A stretch of DNA of 41,547 bases from a virus (Duplodnaviria; Heunggongvirae; Uroviricota; Caudoviricetes), in IMG/VR virus record IMGVR_UViG_3300028833_002727, one strand, 5' to 3'. Shown here in pieces: positions 17,321-26,160 of the stretch. The notes under the pieces were generated by a model. It made no database searches and had not been told where the DNA came from. It was given only the letters and a program-made list of their open reading frames with translations. The position numbers were made by a program, and so were the translations under genes. How positions within the stretch are numbered: position 1 is the first letter of the stretch; every line of letters starts with the position of its first letter.

Positions 17321-18246
17321 TGAACTACAGAATTATTGGAGATATTCATGGCAGGAAGAATTGGCGCCAATTAGTAGAACCGTTTGATGAAAATACAATA
17401 TATGTGTTTGTTGGTGATTATACCGACCCATATTATGGTTGGGAACTTGTTACCTATGAACAAATGATGGAGGAAACAAAAGCAATATTCAAATTTGCAG
17501 AGGAGCATCAAGATAACGTCAAACTATTATATGGCAATCACGATTTACAATACATAATTGGTAGGGCTGGAACAAATAGATATGACTATGAGCATGAAAT
17601 GGAAATTTCACAACTAATGGTTGAAAATGAGGATTTATTTTATGGTGTAGCATACCATGTTGGTGAGAAATATTTGATTACTCATGCTGGTGTAACAATG
17701 GACTGGTACACACGTCATTGTCAATACGATAAAGAAAATGTAGGACACGAAAAACTATTGGATGTGTGCACACACATAAACGATTTATGGTGGAATTCGA
17801 AAAAAAGTGCTTTTACTTTTTCAGTGAACGCCACACGTTACGATGATGGTTGTGGTGACGACACAACACATAGTCCATTATGGGTTCGCCCAACATCGTT
17901 ATGGCAAGGAAATTTATTTGGATTTGGTAGTGATAAAATTCAAGTTGTGGGGCACACACCGTTTGATGATTACTTTGCTAAAGATAGAAAGGAAACTGTA
18001 AACAGAATTGGCACATTTGGCACATTAAAAACTCCTGCAACTGATGAAGAAATTGATTCTGGCAGATACTTACTAGATGGAATGGACAAGTGCGGGTTAG
18101 TTTGTAATGATTATGAACATGTTGATATTATTGACGTTGACTGCTTGCGTAGAGAAACGGCGTGTGTTGACATTGACGGTGAAACGTTAGAATGGAAAAA
18201 AGTTTCTATCGGTGAAGATGTAATGAAAGTACAAGATATATTATAA
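17317..18246 (+). CDS. Calcineurin-like metallophosphoesterase
   Basis: IGDIHG, FVGDY.D, YGNHD, THAG, VGHT. Confidence 0.88.
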   Translation: MMNYRIIGDIHGRKNWRQLVEPFDENTIYVFVGDYTDPYYGWELVTYEQMMEETKAIFKFAEEHQDNVKLLYGNHDLQYIIGRAGTNRYDYEHEMEISQLMVENEDLFYGVAYHVGEKYLITHAGVTMDWYTRHCQYDKENVGHEKLLDVCTHINDLWWNSKKSAFTFSVNATRYDDGCGDDTTHSPLWVRPTSLWQGNLFGFGSDKIQVVGHTPFDDYFAKDRKETVNRIGTFGTLKTPATDEEIDSGRYLLDGMDKCGLVCNDYEHVDIIDVDCLRRETACVDIDGETLEWKKVSIGEDVMKVQDIL

Positions 18247-18248
18247 CT

Positions 18249-18758
18249 ATGGAATTATTAAGTTTACAAGACTATAAAACAAGAGTAGACGAGTTTTATC
18301 AGAAACATGATGAGTATTTACATAAACTCTCCGCAATCAATGTTGCAGAAAACAGATATTGCAATACATTGACGGAGAAAGAAGAAGATGCTTATTTTGA
18401 GGAAGATGAAAACGGCGTGCTAATCAATGAGATTGCTCGTGGTTATGAAGAACAACGTGAAGCACTAAAAGAGGGATACAAAGGTTTTGATGATTACTAT
18501 GGTACTGATTATGGTACTATACTAACAGATGAAGCCATTGATTTGTTCAAATATGGTGACACAGCTAAAAGTCTTCTTCAGAAAGCAAAAGAACATGCCG
18601 GGCAGCAATTTTCAGATAATTATGGTGAAAAAACTACAATTTATAATTTCCTTTACATAGTTATTACACCAGATGATTTTTATTGGGTTGGTGAAAACAC
18701 TGAAGGGGAAAAAATTTACTACACATGTGTTGGCAGTCCACACTGGATTGAAAAATAA
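18249..18758 (+). CDS. Hypothetical protein
   Basis: ORF track. Confidence 0.7.
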   Translation: MELLSLQDYKTRVDEFYQKHDEYLHKLSAINVAENRYCNTLTEKEEDAYFEEDENGVLINEIARGYEEQREALKEGYKGFDDYYGTDYGTILTDEAIDLFKYGDTAKSLLQKAKEHAGQQFSDNYGEKTTIYNFLYIVITPDDFYWVGENTEGEKIYYTCVGSPHWIEK

Positions 18759-18779
18759 TAGAGTGATATTTATTAGTGA

Positions 18780-19151
18780 ATGACAAAACTCGAAAAGTTG
18801 ATGGACGGTTATTACGATGCATTAACCGCACACAAGATTAAATTAGATAATGTATACAACACTCTTGCGGAAATGTGGGGCAAGAGTAAAAAACCTAAAA
18901 CAATAACACTAGCTGAAGACAAGGAATATGAAAAGGGTGTACCAATCATATTCAAACGCGAAAAATACTATGTAACTGAATTGAAACTTAGTAAAAACGA
19001 AGTGCACATTGGATTACGTAATTTCAATACTGATTATTGGTTAGTAGATGAAATACTATGGTATGGTAATCACGACTTGAAAACATTGGTAATTGATGAA
19101 GTAGCAAAACACCTCGGATATAACCTTGAAATTGGAGAAAAAAGTAAGTAA
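18780..19151 (+). CDS. Hypothetical protein
   Basis: ORF track; ATATTTATTA motif at 18766-18775 upstream. Confidence 0.7.
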   Translation: MTKLEKLMDGYYDALTAHKIKLDNVYNTLAEMWGKSKKPKTITLAEDKEYEKGVPIIFKREKYYVTELKLSKNEVHIGLRNFNTDYWLVDEILWYGNHDLKTLVIDEVAKHLGYNLEIGEKSK

Positions 19152-19153
19152 AT

Positions 19154-19435
19154 ATGGCAAAAAGTAGAGAAGTAATTGAGGAACAAGCAATCGAGATTGT
19201 TGATAAATTATTACAACATGGTTTAATACCAACAAGTGATGCGGTTATTTTAATCAGAGCAATCACGGATAAAGGCGGTAGTGCACCAGCAGTACCACAA
19301 GTATATCCAACGAATATACCAAACATGCCAGTAGTGCCAAATATACCAGGGCCTGATTACCCTTGGAAACCAGGTATTGTTTATTGTAATGGAACATGGG
19401 AAAACCCACAACAATGGAATACAACAATTTGTTAA
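19154..19435 (+). CDS. Hypothetical protein with a Pro-rich C-terminus
   Basis: ORF track. Confidence 0.65.
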   Translation: MAKSREVIEEQAIEIVDKLLQHGLIPTSDAVILIRAITDKGGSAPAVPQVYPTNIPNMPVVPNIPGPDYPWKPGIVYCNGTWENPQQWNTTIC

Positions 19436-19441
19436 GTTAAT

Positions 19442-20056
19442 ATGTCAAAATATCATTATACATTCGCTAACGGGAACGGACTATGGGTAACATCTGACAT
19501 TCACATGAGTCATAAGAATATTATCAAGTATTGCAGCCGTCCATTCCAAACAGTAGATGAGATGGATGAACAAATTATCAAAAACTGGAATGAGGTTGTT
19601 AAGAAAAACGACACAGTGTTTATTATTGGTGATGTCGGTTTTGGTAACGTAGATAAACTATGTGAGAAAATTAAACGTCTCAACGGTAAAAAAATTCTGA
19701 TTGTTGGTAATCACGACAGAGATTATCTTGCTAATGAGACGTTCACCAGTTTGTTTGAAGCAATACATGAACAGGTATATATCAAAGTAGGCGACACCAA
19801 GATTTACATTAACCATTTTCCGTTTACCTGTTTTGATGGCTCTTATGGTGGGTTATCTGCAACATGGCAATTGTTTGGGCATTGTCATTCATTCCCAGGA
19901 AGTCTTGGAATGGATATGGATAGACTTGGGCACTTATTCCCAACGCAGTATGATGTAGGTATGGATAATAACCACTATACACCAGTGTCGTTCGAGCGAA
20001 TACAAGAAATAATAAACGAACAGCAGCAAAGTTTGAATTTGATTAGAAAATGTTAA
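19442..20056 (+). CDS. Calcineurin-like phosphoesterase (same subfamily as the C-terminal domain of 1018-2055)
   Basis: TSDIHM, RPF..V.EMD..II..WN..V, IGD, GNHD, GHCH, YDVGMD. Confidence 0.88.
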   Translation: MSKYHYTFANGNGLWVTSDIHMSHKNIIKYCSRPFQTVDEMDEQIIKNWNEVVKKNDTVFIIGDVGFGNVDKLCEKIKRLNGKKILIVGNHDRDYLANETFTSLFEAIHEQVYIKVGDTKIYINHFPFTCFDGSYGGLSATWQLFGHCHSFPGSLGMDMDRLGHLFPTQYDVGMDNNHYTPVSFERIQEIINEQQQSLNLIRKC

Positions 20057-20733
20057 AAATAGAACATGTAAAAGTATATGAACTTGAAGAGTCTGTTATT
20101 GCATGTAGAAATGCAATGCGTCTGAAGGTTCCAGAATACACACAAGAAGAATTTGAGAAATCATTAGATAGAGCAAAGAAATTAGTACAGGCAAGCAAAA
20201 ACGGGGTAGTTAAATGTCACGATAATTTCCTAACTGGTATTCGTGTATCATTTGATGTTACATACCCGCAATACTGGAGTCCAGAGTTTCAGAGGTACCA
20301 TTTTGCTGACATTGTAACATCATCAAGTAAGATGCATAGGTTGTTAAAAATGAATTTAGACCAGGCTTCTAATAAATATGTGAGCAAAGATGTAATTGAC
20401 TATATAAATCGTTATATTGAATTGTACAATCATTTGTTAGAAGAAAAAGAACAAAACAGTTTTATTGGTCATAAATTCACATTAAGAGATGGTACAGTAA
20501 TCAACTGCGACAACGTAGAAGATGCATTGTACACATGTTGGATGATTATTCTTAGTAATTGTCCACTTGGATTGGAATTGTTTATGCGTGTAAGTACAAA
20601 CTATAAGCAACTACAAACAATATATTTCCAAAGAAAACATCATAAATTGAAGGAAGATTGGGGTGCATTTATCGAGTTCATTGAAAGTCTACCTTATGCA
20701 AAAGAATTTATTATTGGAGAGAATGAAAAGTAA
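20050..20733 (+). CDS. Divergent ThyX-like (flavin-dependent thymidylate synthase fold) protein
   Basis: HDNFL.GI.V.FD...P.YW..EFQRYH...SSSKMH, NYKQL..IY.QRK.HKL..W pattern; canonical RHRx7S motif not intact. Confidence 0.55.
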   Translation: MLKIEHVKVYELEESVIACRNAMRLKVPEYTQEEFEKSLDRAKKLVQASKNGVVKCHDNFLTGIRVSFDVTYPQYWSPEFQRYHFADIVTSSSKMHRLLKMNLDQASNKYVSKDVIDYINRYIELYNHLLEEKEQNSFIGHKFTLRDGTVINCDNVEDALYTCWMIILSNCPLGLELFMRVSTNYKQLQTIYFQRKHHKLKEDWGAFIEFIESLPYAKEFIIGENEK

Positions 20734-20866
20734 ATTAGCTAAATTAAAAGGTTATGTTGGTATGTGGTATCCACCAAAAGATGAAAAAAAAGATAGAAAA
20801 CATCAATTACGAACATACTTAAAAAGAGAAATAAACAATTTAATAGAAGATACAAATAATGAATAA
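20723..20866 (+). CDS. Small basic hypothetical protein (47 aa)
   Basis: Start revised to ATG 20723. Confidence 0.55.
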   Translation: MKSKLAKLKGYVGMWYPPKDEKKDRKHQLRTYLKREINNLIEDTNNE

Positions 20867-21131
20867 CGATAATCACGATAAAATTGTAGAAGAATTAATT
20901 CAAAAAATCACTGAAACTTCAAACTGGATTAATGAAAGACAAAGAGAATGCAAACCAGCAATTATTACAGATAGCAGAGGGCGTTATGTTGGTTCATATG
21001 GTACAGCATCGTTCATTGATTATCTTAAAGCTGTTGAAAATAAACAAGTAGAAATACATGACAAACAATATGCTAAGAGCATTTCAAATCTTTTAATTGA
21101 TGAACAAATAAAAAAATATACGACAAAATAA
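20859..21131 (+). CDS. Hypothetical protein
   Basis: ORF track. Confidence 0.65.
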   Translation: MNNDNHDKIVEELIQKITETSNWINERQRECKPAIITDSRGRYVGSYGTASFIDYLKAVENKQVEIHDKQYAKSISNLLIDEQIKKYTTK

Positions 21132-21133
21132 TT

Positions 21134-21889
21134 ATGGCGATACAAGACAAAACATTTTTTCAAAGTAATTGGAAAAACATACTACTGATAGTTTTTTCCT
21201 GTATCATTGTGGCATTGTTAATGTCCACTACTTGTACTAAACAGAAACTGGATATTGCAAACAACAACGTAGCAGCATTAACTGACTCTGTTCACACATA
21301 TCAATTAAAGAACGGGGAGTTGATGTATGAGAAACAGGGTTATATATTGGAAAAAGAAGAATTAGAGAAGTATTTGGAAATTAGTAAAGGCGAAGTTAAA
21401 GATTTAGAGAAAAAACTTGGCTCCGCGTTAGCAACCATTTCTAAACTTAAAGGACAAATAAGAGTTGATACTATCGTAGCACACGACAGTGTATATTTGG
21501 ATCAGGATAGTGTATATCATAACAAGTTTAAATATGAAGATAAATGGTTAGCATTGAATGGTATATCAACATTTAGTTTCAATCCGTTTAGCGCTAACAC
21601 TACTATCAATAACATTTCAATGGATGTTCCGTTGAAGGTTGGTATGAGCACTGATAATAAATGGTTTGTTACATCCGAAAATCCTTATGTTAATTTCACA
21701 AGTGTTGAGGGCGCAAACTTAGCGCCATCCAACAAAAAACGATTTACACTTGGTGTACATGTTGGTGTCGGTCCAAGTTTTGGTTACGGCATTTTGGGTA
21801 CATCTGGTGGAACCGTTTATCATGGTTGGTATTTCGGAGCTGGTGTTAATGTCAGCCTTGGCGTTACATACAAATTATTGGAATTCTAA
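21134..21889 (+). CDS. Membrane-anchored coiled-coil protein, spanin-like candidate
   Basis: N-terminal TM helix, coiled-coil middle, C-terminal amphipathic beta strands ending in Phe. Confidence 0.55.
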   Translation: MAIQDKTFFQSNWKNILLIVFSCIIVALLMSTTCTKQKLDIANNNVAALTDSVHTYQLKNGELMYEKQGYILEKEELEKYLEISKGEVKDLEKKLGSALATISKLKGQIRVDTIVAHDSVYLDQDSVYHNKFKYEDKWLALNGISTFSFNPFSANTTINNISMDVPLKVGMSTDNKWFVTSENPYVNFTSVEGANLAPSNKKRFTLGVHVGVGPSFGYGILGTSGGTVYHGWYFGAGVNVSLGVTYKLLEF

Positions 21890-21896
21890 AAAAAAC

Positions 21897-21907
21897 GTAT
21901 ATTTATA
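21897..21907 (+). promoter_or_regulatory. GTATATTTATA motif (second promoter class)
   Basis: Identical to the 4839-4849 copy; upstream of ATG 21932. Confidence 0.55.
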
Positions 21908-21931
21908 CTGGGTAAAAAAATTTATAAGAAT

Positions 21932-22414
21932 ATGGAATTTAAATACAAGAGATTTAAAGAAGAATTTAATTATTTGGAAGTTCTTCTTCCTGAAGATGAA
22001 TGGCATTTTCAAGAGTTTGAAGTAGACGGAGAAACTAGTGAAGGTTTGGATGCGTTATTTGAAAAATATCCTCAAATATTACAAGACAATGGATATGGCA
22101 AATATCTGAAGTTAATTATCGAATTAGAAACTGGACACGTAGTTAACTGGCCTACCGAATATGGCGGTTTCGATTTTCATGATGCCAAAATTGTTGACAC
22201 TGGTATTTACACATTGATGAAAACTACAAAACAAGGTGACGATGATTTAGGCTATGAAGGATATGTACCAACTTGCATCGGAGAAGGTGGTTATGGGGAT
22301 TACCTTGAATTTGAAATTGACGGAAATGGTAACATCCCTGGTTGGAATTTTGATGGTGCCGATTATCGAGAATTCTTGAGAGAACAAGACTTTGATGAAG
22401 ATGAAGATGATTAA
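21932..22414 (+). CDS. Acidic hypothetical protein
   Basis: ORF track; GYVP...GYGDY...IDGNG.I.GW. Confidence 0.7.
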   Translation: MEFKYKRFKEEFNYLEVLLPEDEWHFQEFEVDGETSEGLDALFEKYPQILQDNGYGKYLKLIIELETGHVVNWPTEYGGFDFHDAKIVDTGIYTLMKTTKQGDDDLGYEGYVPTCIGEGGYGDYLEFEIDGNGNIPGWNFDGADYREFLREQDFDEDEDD

Positions 22415-22448
22415 AAACTAACTAAAAAGAATAAAACATTTGTGTATT

Positions 22449-22658
22449 ATGAAAAATTGGACTTGGAAACAATGGACTGCACTTGGGATTATTGCAGCCG
22501 TAATTATTGCAGCAGTGGTTTGCCACTTGGTACAACCACAAGTAACCTATGCTTGGCTTGAAATGGTAGCAGGTGGTACATTCGTACTTGGCGCACTTGT
22601 TGGTTATTGGTTGAAGAAAAATGATGTTGTAAAACAAGATAGCCTTTTACTTGACTAA
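22449..22658 (+). CDS. Small two-TM membrane protein (holin-like candidate)
   Basis: Two hydrophobic helices in 69 aa and a charged tail; start revised to ATG 22449. Confidence 0.55.
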   Translation: MKNWTWKQWTALGIIAAVIIAAVVCHLVQPQVTYAWLEMVAGGTFVLGALVGYWLKKNDVVKQDSLLLD

Positions 22659-23389
22659 TGGTTAAGATTTGCGCAATATCAGATTTACACGGAACATTGC
22701 CCGAAATCGGGCAGTGTGACGTGCTTTTTATCTGTGGTGATACTTTCCCTTTAAACATTCAGAGAAGTCCTGAGAAATGCCAAAAATGGCTTACAAACGA
22801 ATTTTCAGAGTGGGCTAAGAATGTGACATGTAAAACAATATACTTTATTGCTGGTAATCACGATTTCGCTTTGGAAATATGGGGATATGATAAAACTATG
22901 GACATACTTGAAGAAGTTCCAGGTTTACACGGTAAAGTTATTTATGTACAAGACGGTTTAATTGAAATTGAGGGTGGATTAACTTTATATGGTTGTCCTT
23001 GGTGTACAGGCCCAAGAGGTTGGGCATTTGTAGATGTATTCGCCACACACTATGACAGTATCCCAGATTGCGACATTCTATTAACACACCAACCACCTTC
23101 AGTAAATAAACTAGGTTGCTCATATCCAGGTACATGGCAGGAAGAATGTTATGGTAGTTACGAATTAAAAGATGTAATCAAAGAACGTAAGATACGATAT
23201 AACTTCTGTGGACATATACATACTGGAACACACGGTGGTGAAGGGTTAATTGGTTGTGAAACAGAGTTCTACAATGTATCACTACTTGATGAAGATTACA
23301 AATTAGCGTACGAACCACTATATTTGGAGATTTCAGAAGAAGTGATTGAAACTTCAACAACAATATTTAACGATGAAAAAGAGCAATAA
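22658..23389 (+). CDS. Calcineurin-like metallophosphoesterase
   Basis: ISDLHG, CGD, AGNHD, THQPP, CGHIH. Confidence 0.9.
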   Translation: MVKICAISDLHGTLPEIGQCDVLFICGDTFPLNIQRSPEKCQKWLTNEFSEWAKNVTCKTIYFIAGNHDFALEIWGYDKTMDILEEVPGLHGKVIYVQDGLIEIEGGLTLYGCPWCTGPRGWAFVDVFATHYDSIPDCDILLTHQPPSVNKLGCSYPGTWQEECYGSYELKDVIKERKIRYNFCGHIHTGTHGGEGLIGCETEFYNVSLLDEDYKLAYEPLYLEISEEVIETSTTIFNDEKEQ

Positions 23390-23903
23390 AATAATTTTGT
23401 TTGATATTGATGATACACTCATCAAAAGCAACGCTAAAATTTACGTATTAAACGAGCAGAATCAAATTATTAAGAAATTAACACCAGCAGAGTACAATAC
23501 ATACGTACGTAATGATGGTGAACATTTCGGATATGACGAGTTTGATGATGAACAAATTTTGAATGAGGCGGAATTTACCAAGTTCTGGGATAAAATGATG
23601 GATGTTTACAATAAAGGCTACAATGTCGGTATTGTTACAGCCAGAGAAGACAAAGAAATGTTGATACGTTTCTTCCTACAACATGGTATAGACATCAATA
23701 GATATTTGATATTTGCTATAGGCGGCAAAGATTGTAAATTCAAAGGGCGTATCCAGGACAGGAAACGTCAGGTTATTGAACATCTTTCTGCAAGAGGGTA
23801 TAAGAACTTTGAGTTCTATGACGATAATGAAGAAAATTTGAATGAGGTTGCTCAGATGAGCAGAAGAATTGGAGTAGATATTAAAACAATAAAGGCTTGT
23901 TAA
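23373..23903 (+). CDS. HAD-superfamily phosphatase
   Basis: ILFDIDDTL (DxDxT), IVTAR, FYDDNEEN; start revised to ATG 23373. Confidence 0.8.
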   Translation: MKKSNKIILFDIDDTLIKSNAKIYVLNEQNQIIKKLTPAEYNTYVRNDGEHFGYDEFDDEQILNEAEFTKFWDKMMDVYNKGYNVGIVTAREDKEMLIRFFLQHGIDINRYLIFAIGGKDCKFKGRIQDRKRQVIEHLSARGYKNFEFYDDNEENLNEVAQMSRRIGVDIKTIKAC

Positions 23904-23905
23904 CT

Positions 23906-24160
23906 ATGAACGATACATTTGAAAGAGTAAAAAAAGTAGTTGCTTCATATGAGCATAACGGAGAAAATGTTATCATCCACGATTTAGATGATACATTTTA
24001 CAGCGATTTGGGTTTAGATTCCCTTGCTGTTGTTGAGTCTGTAATGTTATGTGAAGAAGAATTTGGAATTGAGTTTACCGACGATGAAATTACAAGAATG
24101 AATACCGTTGGCGATTTGGTAAATTTAATAGATAAGAAATTAGAAAATACGTTTGAGTAA
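23906..24160 (+). CDS. acpP: Acyl carrier protein
   Basis: Acidic 84-aa protein with DLGLDSLAVVE (phosphopantetheine Ser) and EEEFGIEF..D...TVGDL. Confidence 0.9.
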   Translation: MNDTFERVKKVVASYEHNGENVIIHDLDDTFYSDLGLDSLAVVESVMLCEEEFGIEFTDDEITRMNTVGDLVNLIDKKLENTFE

Positions 24161-24552
24161 TGGAAAAGAGTATTAAAGTAGAGAAAGTACAAGAGGAAGT
24201 ACAAGAAGCGGTTGGTGAAATTAGAAACATCGGCTCTAAGGAAGTAGGTGAAAGTCCAGAGGAAAAAGCTCAGAAAGAGCAAGAAAGAAAGGACAAAATT
24301 GAAGCAGAAGCAAAGAAAAAGGCTAAATTGGCTGTTTTTAAAGCATTCCAGACACAACTTTCACAGATTAGAAATGAATTAGCAAAAGGTAAAACACTTG
24401 ATGATGTTATCAACGAAATTAACGAGAAGAAGAGTACTGTATCACGTAGTACAAGAGATTTCTGTTTGAATTTCGAGAAAGATGCTATTCTTGGGTATAT
24501 CAAAGAGTTTGATGCATTAAGAGCAGAACTAAAAAAACTAAGATACCAGTAA
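24160..24552 (+). CDS. Charged helical hypothetical protein (source of the fragment at 8286-8372)
   Basis: TAATG coupling to the ACP gene. Confidence 0.75.
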   Translation: MEKSIKVEKVQEEVQEAVGEIRNIGSKEVGESPEEKAQKEQERKDKIEAEAKKKAKLAVFKAFQTQLSQIRNELAKGKTLDDVINEINEKKSTVSRSTRDFCLNFEKDAILGYIKEFDALRAELKKLRYQ

Positions 24553-24553
24553 T

Positions 24554-25054
24554 ATGACGAAGTTGAAATTTAAGAAATTAGATGAACGTGCAGTAATTCC
24601 AAGTTATGCACACGTAGGAGATATTGGGTTAGATGTAACAGCAATTAGCGTTGAATATGATGTTGAGCACGACATGTACATCTACCATACTGGATTAGCA
24701 TGTGAAATGGAACGTGGTTACGCACTTCTATGTATGCCACGTAGTAGCAATACTAAAACAGAAGGATATATTCCAAATTCCCCTGGTTTAGTGGATCCTG
24801 CAACATATCGTGGTGAAATACAGTTCAGATATAAAAATAGAGACTCATTAGACAAGGTATTAAAAAATATACCAGCATGTCTATATACAGAGGAACGTGC
24901 ACAGGAGATTGGGCTTGTATTTGCACCATACAAACCTGGTGAGCGTATCGGACAATTTGTTGTAGTAAAAACACCAGAAATTGAGGTAGAGGAAACTGAT
25001 ACTTTATCAGAGACAGAACGCGGAACTGGCGGATTTGGTAGTTCAGGAAAATAA
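24554..25054 (+). CDS. dut: Trimeric dUTPase
   Basis: GDIGLDV, PRSS, GLVD..YRGEI, RIGQ, ERGTGGFGSSG. Confidence 0.93.
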   Translation: MTKLKFKKLDERAVIPSYAHVGDIGLDVTAISVEYDVEHDMYIYHTGLACEMERGYALLCMPRSSNTKTEGYIPNSPGLVDPATYRGEIQFRYKNRDSLDKVLKNIPACLYTEERAQEIGLVFAPYKPGERIGQFVVVKTPEIEVEETDTLSETERGTGGFGSSGK

Positions 25055-25078
25055 CGGGGTAACACCTCGTTATTTTTT
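25050..25078 (+). terminator. Intrinsic terminator
   Basis: 11-bp stem AATAACGGGGT / ACCTCGTTATT (one G-U), AAC loop, T run. Confidence 0.8.
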
Positions 25079-25094
25079 GTTTCAAATATTTTCC

Positions 25095-25104
25095 GTATAT
25101 TTGT
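25095..25104 (+). promoter_or_regulatory. GTATATTTGT variant motif (second promoter class)
   Basis: Follows the terminator and precedes ATG 25124. Confidence 0.4.
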
Positions 25105-25123
25105 TGTAGATAACAATTGAATT

Positions 25124-25540
25124 ATGAAAATAGTAGATAATTATAGGATTTTCAAAAAAATCATTAGGAAGTTCAACAATCGACACTGTGTTAAACGTGT
25201 TGATTATTTTAATGGTAGGCGTTTCGTTTCCTACTGGGAGAAAGAAAATTGGCTTGGTTATCGTGTAGATAGCCTTGATAAACTCACACCACAAGTTATA
25301 AGGTATATACGTTTTATGGTTGGTGAAGACGTTATGGATGCGTTTGATATTGCGGAAAACATCAAAGAAAAACCGAATTATCTTGCAGATATGAATGACT
25401 TAGGTGATATGGAGTATCGTTTTGACGGTATTATGTTAACTAATCGTGATGCATATGCTATTTTGAAAATAGATGATTACAAATATAAAAAGTATGATTA
25501 TTTATATCCAATTTTTAAATTATTAGGTAAAAAAGTATAA
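25124..25540 (+). CDS. Hypothetical protein
   Basis: ORF track. Confidence 0.7.
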   Translation: MKIVDNYRIFKKIIRKFNNRHCVKRVDYFNGRRFVSYWEKENWLGYRVDSLDKLTPQVIRYIRFMVGEDVMDAFDIAENIKEKPNYLADMNDLGDMEYRFDGIMLTNRDAYAILKIDDYKYKKYDYLYPIFKLLGKKV

Positions 25541-25567
25541 AATAACACTGATCTAAACTAAAACATT

Positions 25568-25990
25568 ATGGGGAAAAATATAACAATAGAAGCAAGGCAA
25601 GCACATTGGAGAGATGTATGTAACGAGTATTTAGAGACGTTCTGTAAAAAACATGAATATACATACGAACCAGATATGTGGGTTGGTAGTGACCCTGGTA
25701 CTATCGCTATGATTGGTGACATGTTTGTAGCAATGCATGATATTCGCTATGACATTGACAATGATGTTGATGAAAAACTATTTGAAGCATGGTACTGGAA
25801 GAGTGTTGATGTGTATGAGTTAACACATATCAACTACATGAACTATGAGAGTTTCTGTAAAGGCGCACCAGATGAGTGGACAAAAGAGAGACTAGATACA
25901 ATTCGAGCAGCGCAGAAAAAAATTGATGATGCTAAAAAAGAATTTGAAAATTTAATCGAAGATTACAAAAAACAAGGTGAATATTTTTAA
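25568..25990 (+). CDS. Hypothetical protein
   Basis: ORF track. Confidence 0.7.
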   Translation: MGKNITIEARQAHWRDVCNEYLETFCKKHEYTYEPDMWVGSDPGTIAMIGDMFVAMHDIRYDIDNDVDEKLFEAWYWKSVDVYELTHINYMNYESFCKGAPDEWTKERLDTIRAAQKKIDDAKKEFENLIEDYKKQGEYF

Positions 25991-25997
25991 TCAAATA

Positions 25998-26031
25998 TTT
26001 GGTTATTTGAAAAAAAAGTGTTACCTTTGCG
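25998..26031 (+). promoter_or_regulatory. Bacteroidota primary-sigma promoter
   Basis: TTTG 25998-26001, 20-nt spacer, TACCTTTG 26022-26029. Confidence 0.85.
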
Positions 26032-26045
26032 ACAGATTTGAAAAT

Positions 26046-26146
26046 AAGTCCCAGGTGGAAAGTAATTCTCAACCAGTCTCCGGACAACATATATTGTGGG
26101 GGAGAAGCATTATATCACGGGAAGTCAACCCCACCTCGGACTTTTT
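26046..26146 (+). ncRNA. Candidate structured RNA or leader (family unknown)
   Basis: AAGTCCCAGGTGG (26046-26058) pairs with CCACCTCGGACTT (26131-26143), 12 of 13 bp; internal hairpin; U-tract; immediately downstream of a promoter. Confidence 0.65.
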
Positions 26147-26160
26147 AGTTTGAAACAACT

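Noticed and set aside
22449-22658. Firm holin call
   Set aside because: Two TM helices alone are not diagnostic, and the gene is not adjacent to the endolysin; reported only as a candidate.
26046-26146. Known self-cleaving ribozyme, tRNA or common riboswitch
   Set aside because: No hammerhead CUGANGA/GAAA core, no HDV/theta nested pseudoknot that I could build, no TPsiC arm, and no SAM, TPP or cobalamin signatures recognised. It is left as an unknown RNA pending an Rfam search.
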